Positions 33,197 through 47,854 of a stretch of 64,000 nucleotides of DNA are shown piece after piece. Both the position numbers and the translations under genes were made by a program. The stretch's first letter is position 1. Each line of letters begins with the position of its first letter. Source of the stretch: Octopus sinensis (lineage: Eukaryota); contig NC_043010.1 in the NCBI RefSeq assembly GCF_006345805.1, forward strand, positions 59,458,001 through 59,522,000, written 5' to 3'. The notes beneath the pieces were generated by a model. It did no database searches, was not told the origin of the DNA, and saw nothing but the letters and a program-made list of their open reading frames with translations.

Positions 33197-34675
33197 ACAC
33201 ACACACACACAAAGACATATCAATACTAAATTTTCTATTAGGAAAATGAATTGTTATTAAATAACTTATTAATATTATTAATGTATATATTAAGTACAGA
33301 AATGAGACTTATATGACATTTTCTGGTCAATCTTGTAATGATATTGCAATCTGAAAGTTAATTGAATATAAAAACATTATGACTATTAAAAACCTAGATT
33401 TTCTCTAACATTTCTGATATATGAATTAAATCCTCTTTGTTTTAAAAGTTTGTCTCACGGCATATTTAAAGATGGTATCTGTTGTGTACAAAAAAGTTTT
33501 AAATCATAAAAACTAATTCATGTGATAATAAGAAATAAGTAACTGATGTATTTTTAGAGAGGAAAATTTGTGTATATTTGTGGTTGTCATTGTTGTTGTT
33601 GCAGTTATCGTCTAGCATCTAACCCCAAGTTATCCCTTATTATGACGAAAAACATTGAAAACATGACCATCTCCCTTTTTTTATGTGCAGGGAATCCAGC
33701 TTGCACTATGTTTTGTTCTAAGATGGTGAGGTGTAATTTGAGAGTAGCTGTATTTCTAACAGGTCATGCAGCAATGTAGAAGCTGAAATTTTTATCTTTA
33801 TCTGAGTTTAGAGAGAAGTGTTGATGTTCATAACTCTTTTGATTGGGTTTTCTAGATTGCTGTTTAGGGCAGTTAATATTTACTGATCTTTTTTTGTTTA
33901 TTACTGTTGTTTAATTTGTAATTAGTTTTAATTATTGAAGATTAATTAATGGAGGGAAAACATTGACAAGCAAAGATTCTCACAAGAATATGACGGAAGA
34001 TGATTCATGTAAAAAGTCCATCACATTCAATGGCATGAAGTAAAGATGACACTGAAGTGGCACAGAAAGCAAAATGAAGCAGAGATGTTTTCAAAGACCT
34101 CTGCCAACCTTCAGATCTTGCTGATCTGTATTGATGAACAGTTTTGAATTAACATGGAATGCATGTATGAAAAGTAGAAGATGGCTGGCATGTCATGTAC
34201 ATAAGAGCATGTATCATTAAATATGAGAGATTAGGAAATGAAAATAGAAAAGTAAGATATGGGGGAAATAGCTCTGCTGAGTTAATGCTCTGATGCAAAT
34301 ACTATCAGAAAAAGAGGCCATTTGATCATTGAATTAGTCATTTAGCCACCAAGTCAGGAGAAAACGATTAATGTTGTGTAATAATAAATGTTGTATCTAG
34401 TGGTTCCTGCTCTATCACACTTCATCTGGTTGCCTTGAGGAAGTACAAAGACTCAAAGTAGAAGATGAGTTCAAATCTTACTAAGAACAACTCTGTCATT
34501 CATCCTATCAGGGTTGACAAATAAAGTAGTGGCCCATCCAGGGTGGTGGATTGGTAATATTGTGGAAGTATGAGATTATCTGAGGTATCTGTTTTGGTTC
34601 TGCATTTTTTGAGTTCATAAGTTTGTATAGATAACTATTATAGATATGTAACCTCTATGGAGATTAACAGTGATG

Positions 34676-34795
34676 GCATCATCATCATCATCATCATCAT
34701 CCTCATCATCATCATCATCATCATCATCACCATCACCATCACCACCATCACCACCATCACCATCACCATCATCATCATCATCATCATCATCATTA
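34676..34795. repeat. (CAT)n/(CAC)n microsatellite
   Basis: Direct inspection. Confidence 0.95.
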
Positions 34796-34817
34796 CTAAT
34801 ACAATTTTTAGGGTTAG

Positions 34818-35122
34818 GGTTAGAGCGTCAAGCTTACGATTGTGAGGTTGTGAGCTCGAATCTTGGACTGGGCTGCATGTTGTGTTCTTGAGCAAGACAC
34901 TTTATTTCATGTTGCTCCAGTTCACTCAGCTGTAGAAATGAATTGTGACGTCACAGGTGCCAAGCTGTATCGGCCTTTGCCTTAGATAATGCTGGTGGCA
35001 TGGAGAGGGGAGGCCGGTATGCATGGCCGACTGCTGGTCTTCCATAAACAACCTTGCTCGGACCTGTGCCTGGGAGGGTAACTTTCTAGGTGCAATCCCA
35101 TGATCATTCATGACCGAAGGGT
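34818..35122 (+). mobile_element. tRNA-derived SINE (family of 1711-1979)
   Basis: Shared TTGTGTTCTTGAGCAAGACACTTTATTTCA...CACTCAGC.GTAGAAATGA core. Confidence 0.75.
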
Positions 35123-35344
35123 GTCACAATATGACCTAGTTTAATGCAGTCACCCTATAACAATTCTATAGCCTCTATTTTACATTAAATTGAAGTTTAT
35201 GATAGAATAAAATTGTGTTAAATTTTATATAAATGCTTTGATATTCTCTAAAAGACCAAGGAAGTATATAAACATATTTTATGAAGACTTGAAGATAGCA
35301 TTTCAATTAATTTCTGTGTGTATATATTTGAGCAAGTACTTAAA

Positions 35345-35645
35345 ATAAGTACTAGCTCATTTATTACCGTGCAAGTGGCTGAGCACTCCACAGACACATG
35401 TACCCTTAATGTACTTCTCAGGGAGATTCAGTGTGACAAGGCTGGCCCTTTGAAATACAGGTACAACAGAAACAGGAAGAAAGAGTGAGAGAGTACAGCA
35501 GGGATCGCCACTACCCCCTGCCAGAGCCTCGTGGAGCTTTAGGTGTTTTTGCTCAATAAACACTCACAATGACCAATCTGGGAATTGAAACTGCGATCCT
35601 ACGACCGTGAGTCTGCTGCCCTAACCACTGGGCTATTGCACCTCC
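35345..35645 (-). mobile_element. tRNA-derived SINE (family of 25897-26267)
   Basis: Reverse complement matches 25901-26200. Confidence 0.8.
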
Positions 35646-35666
35646 ACAAACTAGGTCATACACACT

Positions 35667-36277
35667 GTCATCATCATCATCATCATCATCGTCGTTTAAC
35701 GTCCGTTCTCCATGCTAGCATGGGTTGGACGGTTCGACCGGGGTTCTGGGAAGCCAGAAGGCTGCACCAGGCTCCAGTCTAATTTGGCAATGTTTCTACA
35801 GCTGGATGCCCTTCCTAACGCCAACCACTCCGTGAGTGTAGTGGGTGCTTTTTACGTGCCACCTGCACAGGTGCCAGGCGGAGCTGGCAACGGCCACGGT
35901 CAGATTGGTGTATTTTATGTGCCACCGGCACGGAAGCCAGTCGAGGCGGTGCTGGCATCGGCACGAGTCGGATAGTGCTTTTTACGTACCACCAGACCAG
36001 GGATCCTGGCTGGTTCAATTCGATTTCGATTTCGCTTGCCCCAACATGTCTTCACAAGCAAAGGGGGTTGGCAAGGTGCCTGTCGTACGGTCGCATTGGG
36101 GTATTTTACGTGCCACGGCCACGAGTCGGATAGTGCTCTTTACGTACCACCAGACCAGGGATCCTGGCTGGTTCAATTCGATTTCGATTTCGCTTGCCCC
36201 AACATGTCTTCACAAGCAAAGGGGGTTGGCATGGGTGCCTGTCGTACGGTCGCATTGGGGTATTTTACGTGCCACTA
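35667..36277 (-). mobile_element. RTE-type 3' region with a 158-bp tandem duplication
   Basis: (GAT)n tail and body match 4911-5230; 35962-36119 is repeated at 36120-36275. Confidence 0.75.
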
Positions 36278-36894
36278 AGATTTAAATTATTATTTTCATA
36301 CTCACCGTTAATACCCTCGCTATCAATAATTCCACCATCAAGTATGTTACGTTCACATCTGTCACTTTCCAACTTCACTTCAATCACACTATCATACAAA
36401 ATCACCTCAGCATCATCAGGCATACAAACAGTTTCCATGCCCGTACATGTACTGGAACCACAATCCATAACCCCAGCAACAGTGTCTAAAGCATTTAACT
36501 ACAGTACTACATGATAAGATTTACACTGTTCCACTATCAATGGTCCGCTAGTGGGCCACCCACTCAATTGTCAGCCAACATCCTGTTTCAAGCTTTCCCC
36601 CACCAAACCTCATGATATTGCTTATAACAAATCCTGATCTTTATAACTATACCAATCATGACGTCTGTCTGCTCCCTCAGCCCCACCCCCAACAGACACC
36701 GCCCCCCTGTTCCCTCGGCATTATGATATAATTGTTATTTACATCTAATGATTTTATTAATAATCTAATATTGTTTTAACTATCAAATCATAACTATGAA
36801 ACTATCAAATATAGCAATAATATATATGAACATATACCAAGCAAAGCATGGAACGGTTTGTCATTTTCTGTTGCATTAAAGATCAATAAAACTT

Positions 36895-36925
<31 letters not shown>

Positions 36926-38529
36926 TATAATATGAAGAATACACATGTAATGATTTTATAATAATAGTATAACTATCTATAATATAATTTGTATTCAAAA
37001 CTGTGTAAATTATTATTTTTTTTTATAAAAGAAATTGTTGTATCATCAGACTGAAATATCTGCCAATGAAGTGGAAATACATCCTCCAACACCTTCCCCT
37101 ACACACCTGCACTAATAGCATCAAATGTTCAGAGAGGAGTTTGAATGGAATTGCTAGTTCTTACTGACTCATGTAACACACTTCATTGACATGAAATTAC
37201 TCTCACACTCATAGCAACGGAATATTGATAGCCACAGAGGATTTTACAATACAGATCTTATATACATTTCTGTTTTTTCCCCAACATTTCTCTGTCTTTC
37301 TCTCTCTGTCTCTGTCTCTGTCTCTTTCTTTCTCTTTCTCTTTGCATACATATATACACAAGCATACACACACACTTGTGTGTATGTGTGTGTATACCCT
37401 TTTACTCTTTTAATTGTTTCAGTCATTTGACTGCGGCCATGCTGGAGCACTGCCTTTAGTCAAGCAAATTGAACCCAGGACTTATTCTTTGTAAGCCTAG
37501 TACTTATTCTATCAGTCACTTTTGCCGAACCACTAAGTTGCGAGGACACAAACACACACAGAACAGCATAAAGTAGTACAGTAAACCACTCAGCGAGAAA
37601 GCTTGAAGTGAAATGGCCACGAGAGAGAGACAAGTGAAGATGCTACGGATCTGAGCATCGGTCAAAGCACCAATCACAGGCCAGATTACAATACAGAAAG
37701 CTGTGTTTCATCGTCTCTCTCCATTGCACCAATCACAGCCCGTCTTAAGTTCAAATAACCCTGTATATGCTGTTTTGCTATTTTACGCTTGTTTTGTTGT
37801 TCCTAGACTAGGAAATACTATTTATTATTAATATTTTAATGGATTTAGTGAAAAATGTCATATATATTTTAAAAATCTGTGAAGTCGTAAATCCGTGATA
37901 GTTGAACCGCAAAGTAGCGAGGGATCACAATAATTTGTGTATTAAACTTTCTTCAACATAATATTCTTATAAAGTTCAGTAGATGTAAGGTTATAATACT
38001 TAAACTATTATTAAATATTCGTGTTACTTTTTAAGTAATGATTTAATGAACGAGTCAACAAAAGAGAACCTGTAAATGGTTCCTGAATGTGTTAAAAATA
38101 GCAGTCAAGTCACCCTCAAATGAAAAGGAATGGAATGTTGGATAATGTATGCCAGTAACATAACTGCCATGATAGGTATATCTTTGAGAATACAGCTAGA
38201 AGACAGCTGAACTGTAATTAAGCAAAAAGAATAATAATTAAATATAAAAATATGAGCAATACTTCTTTATTTTCTTTATCATGTCACTTATACATCAAGA
38301 TGGAATGACAACATTATTCTTTCAGCTAACATTTAAGGAGAGGAAATTCAATCAATATTTTTAGTGATAAAAGGTCTTAAAATGTATTATATTTGATCTT
38401 TTCTTCATAATGTGGACATAATTTGGTGAAAGGGTAGATGAAATAGTTCAAATCAAGAGAAAAATTTAGAAAAAGTCAACATTATGTAATTAACAAGTAA
38501 CACTGACTGTAAGGTTACAGTAGCTATTT

Positions 38530-38905
38530 GATAATTTTTCCAACTTGAAAATTGCTGTGGTTCAGAAGTTCACTTCAAAACAAGATGGGATCAAAGAGAA
38601 AGAAGAAGATAAAATGAACAACTATGACAATTTGAAGTGGGAAATATGCAGGATGCGGGCAAAGAAGAGAGTGGACAGGATACCAATAGTAATTGGTGTG
38701 CTTGGAAGTATCAGCACTGAACTACCAACATTACTCAAAGGGATTGGTACAAATATAAAGATACAACACCTATAAAAATCCTCATTGCTTAGGACTGCAA
38801 GAGTTCTCCACAGGATTCTTGAAGCATGATCAAAAGACAAATACCACCTCAGTCTGGTGGCCATGGCCAGCAGACACTTTCCATCACAGCCAGCAAAAAC
38901 AGGCT
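38530..38905 (+). mobile_element. 3' end of an R4/Dong-like retroelement
   Basis: ORF 38545-38775 NYDNLKWEI..IPIVIG.LGSI; paralogous to 42823-43100. Confidence 0.7.
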
Positions 38906-39093
38906 GAAATTTGGGGGAGGAGTAAGTTGATTACATCGATCCCATTACTCAACTGGTCCTTATTTTATGAATCCTGAAAGGATGAAAGGGTAAAGTTGAG
39001 CTCAGTGGAATTTGATATCAGAACATAAAGATGAATGAAATACTGCTAAGCATTTCACTCAGTATGATAAGAGTTCTGCTAGCTCACCACCTG

Positions 39094-39118
39094 GATAATA
39101 ATAATAATAATAATAATC

Positions 39119-39164
<46 letters not shown>

Positions 39165-39192
39165 TAATAATAATAATATAATAATAATAATG

Positions 39193-39223
<31 letters not shown>

Positions 39224-39225
39224 TA

Positions 39226-39264
<39 letters not shown>

Positions 39265-39282
39265 TAATAATAATAATAATAA

Positions 39283-39328
<46 letters not shown>

Positions 39329-39360
39329 TAATAATAATATAATAATAATAAATAATAATG

Positions 39361-39418
<58 letters not shown>

Positions 39419-39426
39419 TAATGATA

Positions 39427-39457
<31 letters not shown>

Positions 39458-39547
39458 TATAATAATAATAATATAATAATAATGATAATGATAATAACAA
39501 TAATAATAATAATAATGATAATAATAATGATAATAATAATAATAATG

Positions 39548-39587
<40 letters not shown>

Positions 39588-39616
39588 TAATAATAATGAT
39601 AATAATAATGATAATA

Positions 39617-39669
<53 letters not shown>

Positions 39670-39837
39670 ATAATAATAATAATGATAATAATAATGATAA
39701 TGATAATAATAATGATAATAATAATATAATAATAATAATAATAATATTAATAATAATGATAATGATAATAAATAATAATAATAATAATAATGATGATAAT
39801 AATAATGATAATAATAATGATAATGATAATAATAATG

Positions 39838-39886
<49 letters not shown>

Positions 39887-39986
39887 TAATAGTAATAATG
39901 ATAATGATAATAATAATGATAATAATAATAATAATGATAATAATAATAGTAATAATGATAATAATAATAATAAATAATAATAATAA
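39094..39986. repeat. ~890-bp (TAA)n microsatellite interspersed with TGA
   Basis: Direct inspection. Confidence 0.97.
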
Positions 39987-41500
39987 AATCATTTTGTGTT
40001 TGGTGCATTCCGCTGCATACACCAAATGGGAATCCTTACAGGTCCCTCCTGTGTAAATCATAATATTTCTGTCATAATTTTTGATGGAATTAGTCTGACT
40101 CATGTTATGGCACAACAAACAGGGCTTACCTCTCTTATGGGCGTTTTTTGGGGTGCAGCGTCCAGAAATTCCAATGGAGTTTTTGTTAGAGGTACTGGTC
40201 AATATTTCTATAATATTTCTATTACAGCTAAAGGCTACAATAGGCAGAAGAGGAAATATTTGTTGGAAATACTTTCTGAAAAATGGTGGTGCTGTCATGC
40301 AATGCTTTTGAAATGCTAGCAAAACTTCGGTGCCACTTAATCCCTAAAGTAATTCAGTCATAAGCTCTTATCTGACCGCTCAAACTAGACATGAAAGTTT
40401 GATTATCCTTACTAATTTCAGCTCTGTCATTTGCGATTCCCTTTAATCTTGGTTCTTTAGAACTGCACTTTACAAAACTATTTGCATGTTTCCAATAATC
40501 CCCAATGTCTGTGCAAATACATCTTATTCTCAAAAACTGGGACTTTGGATTTGATCTGATTGTATGATGTGGGTGATCAGAGCAGTGGTGGAAATGAATA
40601 TGAGATGACATGGGTTTGTAAAATAATTCTGTGACTATTCGGCCTTCCAAAAACTTGAATTTTGTGTCCATAATTACAACGCTAGTTTTTGAAAAGCTCA
40701 ACGGGAATTTTATTTCGGATTTAGTCTTCTGCGAAGCAGTCACAGAAATGTAAAAATTTGACTAAACTATCCTGTGTTCCTTTCCAGACAAAAAAGATGT
40801 CGTCAATGAACTGTAACCAGAGTATAGGTTCATGACCATGCAGGGATTTGACTGTCTCCATTCATTGCATTTCAAATTTTGTCATGAAGACTTTTGTGAA
40901 ATTAACTGCCATAGGGGTACCCATGGTGCATCCCTTGATCTGATGGAAAATGTTTCTCCAAACTTCATGGTGTTACTTTATAACACAAATTTTAATAAGT
41001 TACAGGGAAACTTTGAGGGAATACTTTTCCTTGACCACTTTCCAAAGACTTTCATACATGCTTCCACCCTGTCATCATGATCGATGTTAGGGTATAAGGA
41101 AGAACATCCCTAGTTGCCAAAAACAGTCTTTAACAATACTTTGGTGTTTAGAAAATTTGTTCAATTTGGAAACAAAATCAAAAGTATCCCGAATGTAAGA
41201 ACTTGATCTTTTAGCTACTGCAAGCAGGAAACCATCCAGCATTCCAAAATTTTAGCTGTGCAACATTCATACCCACTGCAAATTGGGTGCAATGGAGGAA
41301 ATTTTTCAAAAAATTTTTTTATTTTTGGAAGACCATAAATACAGTTGTTCTTCTTTCTGAACATAATAGCTTAGATTTTATGTCATTTATGAAATTGTTT
41401 TCCTCCATTTCAAAAATTATTTTATCAAGTTCTCTGTAATGGGGGTTTGGATCTACAGGTAGATTTTAATAAGAAGTTTAATCGTGACATTTACCAACAT
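39987..41500 (-). mobile_element. Degenerate Penelope-like element (RT and GIY-YIG region)
   Basis: Minus fragments PMGTPMAVNF (GTAMG-like RT motif), LFYKP..H..S.HP.H..RS.PKSQFLRIR.IC (PLE thumb) and C..S.LVY..EC (GIY-YIG start). Confidence 0.8.
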
Positions 41501-41520
41501 ATTTCAGAAAAATATCTTCA

Positions 41521-41735
41521 TTTCTGACAAATATTTCCTCTTCTGCCTATTGTAGCCTTTAGACATAATAGAAATATTAGAGAAATATTGACCAGTACCT
41601 CTAATAAAAATTCTATTGGAGTTTCTGAATGCTGCACCCACAAAACCACCCATAAGAGAGATAAGCCCTGTTCGTTGTGCAAAAACATGAGTCAGACCAA
41701 ATCCATCAAGAATTATAACTGAAATGTTATGATTG
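41521..41735 (+). mobile_element. Inverted partial copy of the Penelope-like 3' region
   Basis: Reverse complement of 40054-40270 with scattered mismatches. Confidence 0.7.
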
Positions 41736-42681
41736 TCAAAGTACAAAGACCTCAAAATTGAAGTATTCAAGATGTGGAGCATGAAGGTGTAAACAATACC
41801 AATAATAATTGGAGCATGGGATATGATAAAAATGCATATGAACAAAAATGTAGAAGCTGTACCTGGATCCTCAACACTACACATTATCCCAAAAATAGCC
41901 CTATTATGAACAGCCCATATCCTATGTAAGACACTATCAATTCAATAATACAACCTAAACAAAACAATCCACAAGCACAAGACACACTCTATACAGCAAA
42001 TGTCCAATAAAATAAACTACCATCAACAGGCTAGATACCCAATGCAATACACACACAACACTCAATAAAAACACTGTTACTACAAAAAATCTGCACCACA
42101 TCCCATAAAAGAAAGAAACTGACACTATACAATACAAGGAAGAGTTTACACACTCCCAACAACTAAACAGAACACAATACTGCACACAGCAGCAACACAG
42201 AGGTGTAGCAGGTGCTGATGCAGTGGAAATTTGCCTGAAACTATCAAATGTTGAATAATAATAAAAACCACAGATTTGCTTGTCAGTTGCTTGACCTTAA
42301 TCAGTTGACCATGTCCTTTCGTGGCTGGTGATATATGCATCTTTGATCATGAGCAGAAGTAGTTGGGGAGCATCATAGCCATGTGTTGAGAGGAATTCTT
42401 TGGGGTTTGAATATTTCACTTCTTGAAATAAGGGTGCTTCATTCATCATCCTTAAACAAACCTTATTCAGGGATCTTTTGAGTGGGATGGACTACTTGAC
42501 CTGAAGAAAATTCTAACTGGGCCCCACCTGCAAGGTCATGCACTGTTTATCTTGATATTGGATCACCATGTCATGCACATATGGTTGTGATGCATGTGCA
42601 TGGTGTATCCTTATCAAATGGGTAGTCATGATGGGCTTCAAATATTTGTACCCCAGTGTCACTTTGATGGCATGCACTACT

Positions 42682-42741
42682 CTCTCACTCAATGATGATG
42701 ATGCTGATAATAATAATAATAATAACAACAACAACAACAAC

Positions 42742-42797
<56 letters not shown>

Positions 42798-42822
42798 AAT
42801 AATAATAATAACAATAATAAAC
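42682..42822. repeat. Compound (GAT)(AAT)(AAC)(AAT) microsatellite
   Basis: Direct inspection. Confidence 0.9.
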
Positions 42823-43100
42823 TATGACAATTTGAAGTGGGAGATACAAAGGTTGTGGTCAATGAGAAGAGTAGATGATGCACTTGGAAGTATCAGCACT
42901 GAACTACCAGCATGGCTGAAAAAGATTGGTGCAAATGTGAAGGTAGAACACCTACAAAAATCCGCATTGCTTGGAACTGCAAGAGTTCTTCACAGGGTTC
43001 TTGAAGCATGACCAGTAAACAAGTGTCACCTTAGTCTGCTGGCTGTGGACAGCTGACACTTTCCATCATACCCAGCAAAATGAGCTGTGAGGTTTCATAT
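42823..43100 (+). mobile_element. 3' end of an R4/Dong-like retroelement flanked by (AAT)n
   Basis: NYDNLKWEIQRLWSM..LGSI...KVEHLQKSALLGTARVL; (AAT)n on both sides fits TAA-repeat targeting by Dong-type elements. Confidence 0.75.
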
Positions 43101-43536
43101 AATAATAATAATAAGAGCACTCAGAGAGTGTAAACCTCTGCCAAGGCAACACCAACGTCCTCTCAACGATTAACCAGAGATGATTTTTAAAATGAGAATA
43201 TCCGAAATAAACTCGGCTGCTCTCACAAATGAGAATATTAAAAATTAAGTAAAAAAAAAAATGGAGAAATAATCCCGAATCGTCGTCCAGTACCTGATCG
43301 ATCACAATGGTACTCATGGAATGTGAAGGTGGGTGTAGAAAATTTAGTCACAGTAATAAATAGTTTATTCTTATCTAATAAAAGCCAAATTTCTTAATCC
43401 ATCAGTTTCTACTAAGATAGAGATGTGAGTAAAATCAATAATAGAGAAACGAAAATACAACTTTGGAAACATCCTAAAGGAATATAATTGAGAAAGAATT
43501 GAAAGTGAGTGTGAGATCATAATCATGTTTAGTAAA

Positions 43537-43935
43537 CTAGCAGTATCGCCCGGCGTTGCTCAGGTTTGTAAGGGAAATAACTATATAAGCATTTTTAGAG
43601 ATGTAAAGTATAATAGCCATCTCAATATGGCTAACCACAAAGGGGGGGGGGGGGTTACTGTGGCTTTTTACATTCTGAGATTTAATAATACATTTTTAGA
43701 GAGTTACTTCCCTTATATATGCCAAAAATGCATTAAAAATGGGAAAAATTGATGGTAAATTTTCTTTTAAATCGTAGACTCATCATAGATGCGCGCTAAT
43801 ACCCAAAAGGGCTCGATATGAATCACGACTATAAGATACCCGGTTTTGGTTAAACTGCACCGCAAAATGTGGGAGTAGTTAGGAATCTAAATCGTAGGAG
43901 ACAGACACCACACAACCTCTCTTTATATATAAAGA
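43537..43935 (-). mobile_element. Non-autonomous Helitron (family of 23024-23413)
   Basis: Same termini (TC start; hairpin plus CTAG end on minus) and body. Confidence 0.85.
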
Positions 43936-44562
43936 TATAACAAATAATCCAGAATCCTTGTCTGGTACTGGATTGATCCCAAAATCTAATCAGTTTGTGC
44001 CAGTCGTGAGGCCAAACATCCCTGAGAGTTTCATCAGAATCCATCCAGTGGTTCTTGAGATATCTTGTCCACGGACAAACAAACAAACAAGCAACACTGA
44101 AAACAATACCCTTGCCTTCACTAAGGCAGAGTCAATGATAATTCTTTCTTCTATAGACACAAGGCCTGAAATTTTGGGGTAGGGAGCTGTTCAACTACAC
44201 CAACACCAATGCTCAACTGATTCTTATTTCATTCACCCTGAAAAGATAAAAAGGCAAAATTGACCACAGCAAAATTTGAACTCAAAACATGAGATGGAAA
44301 AGTTACTGTAAAATTTTTCCTGGTACCTGATGATTCTACCATATAATATACCTTATATACACTATATACATGCATACACACACACACATACAAATAGATA
44401 GGTATGTGTGTGTGTGTGTGTGTGTGTCCATATATGTATTTATATCTATATATGTGTTTGTGTATATGCATGTATGTGAAATCTATGCATGTGTGTGAAT
44501 ATGTATATGTATATTATATGTATGCATGTATACATATATATGAGTATGTATATGTAATATTA

Positions 44563-44632
<70 letters not shown>

Positions 44633-44968
44633 CAACAATTGAGGGCAAAATTAATTAATTATTAATCAATTTCACCAAGTGTTCAGTATGCAAAGGGACC
44701 ATTCAAGGCGAATTCAAATTATTACATTATATAAACATGATAGAAATGTTGTTTTGACTAATCTTGAAACGTACGTTCTCGAATAACCTTAGCATTTGAT
44801 TTTTCGATGTCCTTACCCCCAAACTTTTGTGAGTTGAATTAAGCAAACACTATATATGAGAGAGATTTTCTTTAAGTATTAGAAATAGCCTTAAAAAAGT
44901 TTTTTAGCTGCTATTTCTAATGAGTTCAGTATGCGGCAAAGTAATTTATTTTACTAAGCCCTTTTATA

Positions 44969-45015
<47 letters not shown>

Positions 45016-45220
45016 TGGCATCATAAGAATGGAATGAATAATTCAAAAGGTTGCTTTGGTACAATGATGAAGCACCTGTTGTATTTACAGATCTGGGTTC
45101 AACTCTCACAGGCAGCCCTCACTTTTTGTATTAAAAAGGTATTTTAACCCAATATTTACATGCTATTTTTCACAGCTTCATCTGCTTTAAGATCCAATGT
45201 TCCCCCACACCCACAAAAAT

Positions 45221-45254
<34 letters not shown>

Positions 45255-45279
45255 GATAGATAGATATACACATATATAT

Positions 45280-45441
45280 GTTTCTTTACTACCCACAAGG
45301 GGCTACACACAGAGGGGACAAATAAGGACAGACACACGGATTACGTCGACCCCAGTGCGTAACTGGTACTTAATTTATCGACCCCGAAAGGATGAAAGGC
45401 AAAGTCGACCTCGGCGGAATTTGAACTCAGAACGTAACGGC
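45280..45441 (-). mobile_element. SINE fragment (family of 2147-2383)
   Basis: Near-identical to 2153-2320. Confidence 0.8.
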
Positions 45442-46601
45442 AAATTATATATATACACATATATATATACATATACATATATATACATACACATATATAT
45501 ATATGCATGCATGTATGTGAGTTCTTATATTCTTTGTATAAGAATTTAGAAACATCAAGAGAACAAGAAATAATTTGTTTTTTAACAGTTTATCTATAAC
45601 AGCATATAAATACTGGTTTAAAAATTTAGAAAAACTAGAAGGGTAGCTTTTAACTGTTTCTATCTAAATGGGTTTTACATGCTATTATTTATAGCTTTAT
45701 CTACTTAGAAACTATACACGGATCCTCATCAGCACACACTATCCAAAAAAAATAGCCTACATCCTACACAAGTTTAAAAAAAACATTGTATATATATACT
45801 TTTCTACTCTAGGCACAAAGCCCCAAAATTTTGGGGAGGGGTGGCTAGTCGATTAGATCAACTCCAGTATGCAACTGGTACTTAATTTATCTACCCCAAA
45901 ACGATGAAAGGCAAAGTCAACCTTGGCAGAAAAAAACATTGTATATGTTATTACATATATATGTATGTATGTATGTATGTATACATGCATGCACACACAC
46001 ACAAAAGCACTGAACAGCAACGAAACCATGGGAGATGTGTAAAACAGCCTGATATCATAAATGCATAATTACATCTAAGCATATATAAACATCACATAGT
46101 AAAGAAATTTACTATTTCATGATAAATTTTCATTTGAAAACGTGGCTCTTGCATCTAGTAGTGTTTTTCTTTCATTTTCAAGTACAATTTATATTTGTTT
46201 TTAAAATAACAAAAGTATATAAAAAATAAATAAGAAGGAATAACAATGTTAATAAACAAAACTGTTTCTTTTGCAATTATGCGTTATTATATATAATTAC
46301 ATTTTAATTAAATGAATGGAACTTTTCTATTCCATTTATTTTTCTAATTTTTTAAGTGAAAATGATGAATAAATTTTTACTAACATTTAGCATGTATCCA
46401 CTTCCATTAGAGAAATACTGAAGAAATAGGTCACAGGAAATTTCAGTCCTGGCCATAGCTAGTCTATTTACAAACCTAATTTGTTTTTTGATATCTTTAA
46501 TTTGGATTTTATTTCATCTTCAATGTTCTGGATATGTAACAGATGAAATTGCCTGTGGTATAAATTTTGCTAGCTGAATTATTTTGTAAAATATATGTAA
46601 A

Positions 46602-46659
<58 letters not shown>

Positions 46660-47854
46660 CAGCCAGTTTAATATGAAGAACAGCCAGTTTAACTGACTCA
46701 TTCAAAAAACTACTCCTTGTATATGAAGCTCATAGCAACCTTAAGCAGCAGACAAGCAATGAAATCTGATGAGAAAATATATTATAGCTTATGATAAGAG
46801 AGTTCAAATAATGAAAGTAAGTATCTAATGTTTTCACTGATTTTTAAGCACAAATTGTGTCTAGTGATTATTTTCATAGCGAAAATTATCCATTTGTCAC
46901 ATGCATTTTGAAGCCATATTGTTTCTGCAACATAGTATACAAGAAGAATTATTATCATAGCAATTCGATGTTTTCACTCTTCAAAAATTTTGATTTCACT
47001 TTGGTATTTTTATGAATGATTTGTTTCTTTCATATTTGTAGTTTGGTACCAAATTTTTTGGTATTGTTGAAAATCTAACAAATCAACTTTCATCATTTAC
47101 AAAGCTTATAATGCTGTTGAAATTATTTTCTTAAAATTCTTTTATGTTAATGAATATCATAATAATGTTATAACTATAATTATTAGGTAAAAGACATCAC
47201 TTAATGGTAGGTTCTTTGAAATAAAGAGATATTTGAAATTAATCAATAATAAATTAAAGTATTGTTAACTTGAACATTTTTATTGAAAATTGTTTATAAC
47301 ATTAACAAAGAAAAATCATCAAAATGATGATGAAGCCACAAGGACATCCATTTTAACTCAAAATATTATTAACTCTCAGAAAATTAAGAATTAAAAATTT
47401 AACAGTGATTAAAAAGAGAATATTAACATCTGTAGTATTTAATTTAATAATGCCTGAAAGGTTTTCAAATAATTTTCCACATATATCTTGAATTTAAAAC
47501 AAAATATGTTCTTTTACTGAGACAAACACCCTATTAAATCAAGATGGTGCTTATGCACAACTGTCTGTACTACTACTAAATATAGCAAGGAATATAATCA
47601 TATTTCAAGGAATTGCAATCATCAGTATATTATTGTATATAAAAATACAACTACTTCCATGTAAGTTTATAATTTTCAGAATGTTTTAACATGTTTCATG
47701 TTAGTGCAGATGTTTCCTGAAAAAGACATTTTGATTTTTAACATACGTAGTATCTGACAGCAATACTCATTATCACATATTAAAGTCCAACCTTAGTCTT
47801 AACTATCTTTCATTTTGATAATGTCTCCTTTTACTCCTTTGTTTATTTTTAATG

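Noticed and set aside
34808-34823. Interstitial telomere
   Set aside because: Only ~2.5 TTAGGG units, overlapping a SINE A-box.
34638-34895. Poly-Met/Ser/Ile ORFs
   Set aside because: (CAT)n microsatellite read-through.
36265-36468. Acidic 67-aa ORF on the minus strand
   Set aside because: No recognisable domain, splice context or paralog; lies among repeat fragments.
39079-40008. Long ORFs of poly-Ile/Tyr/Asn
   Set aside because: Translations of the (TAA/TGA)n microsatellite; no coding signal.
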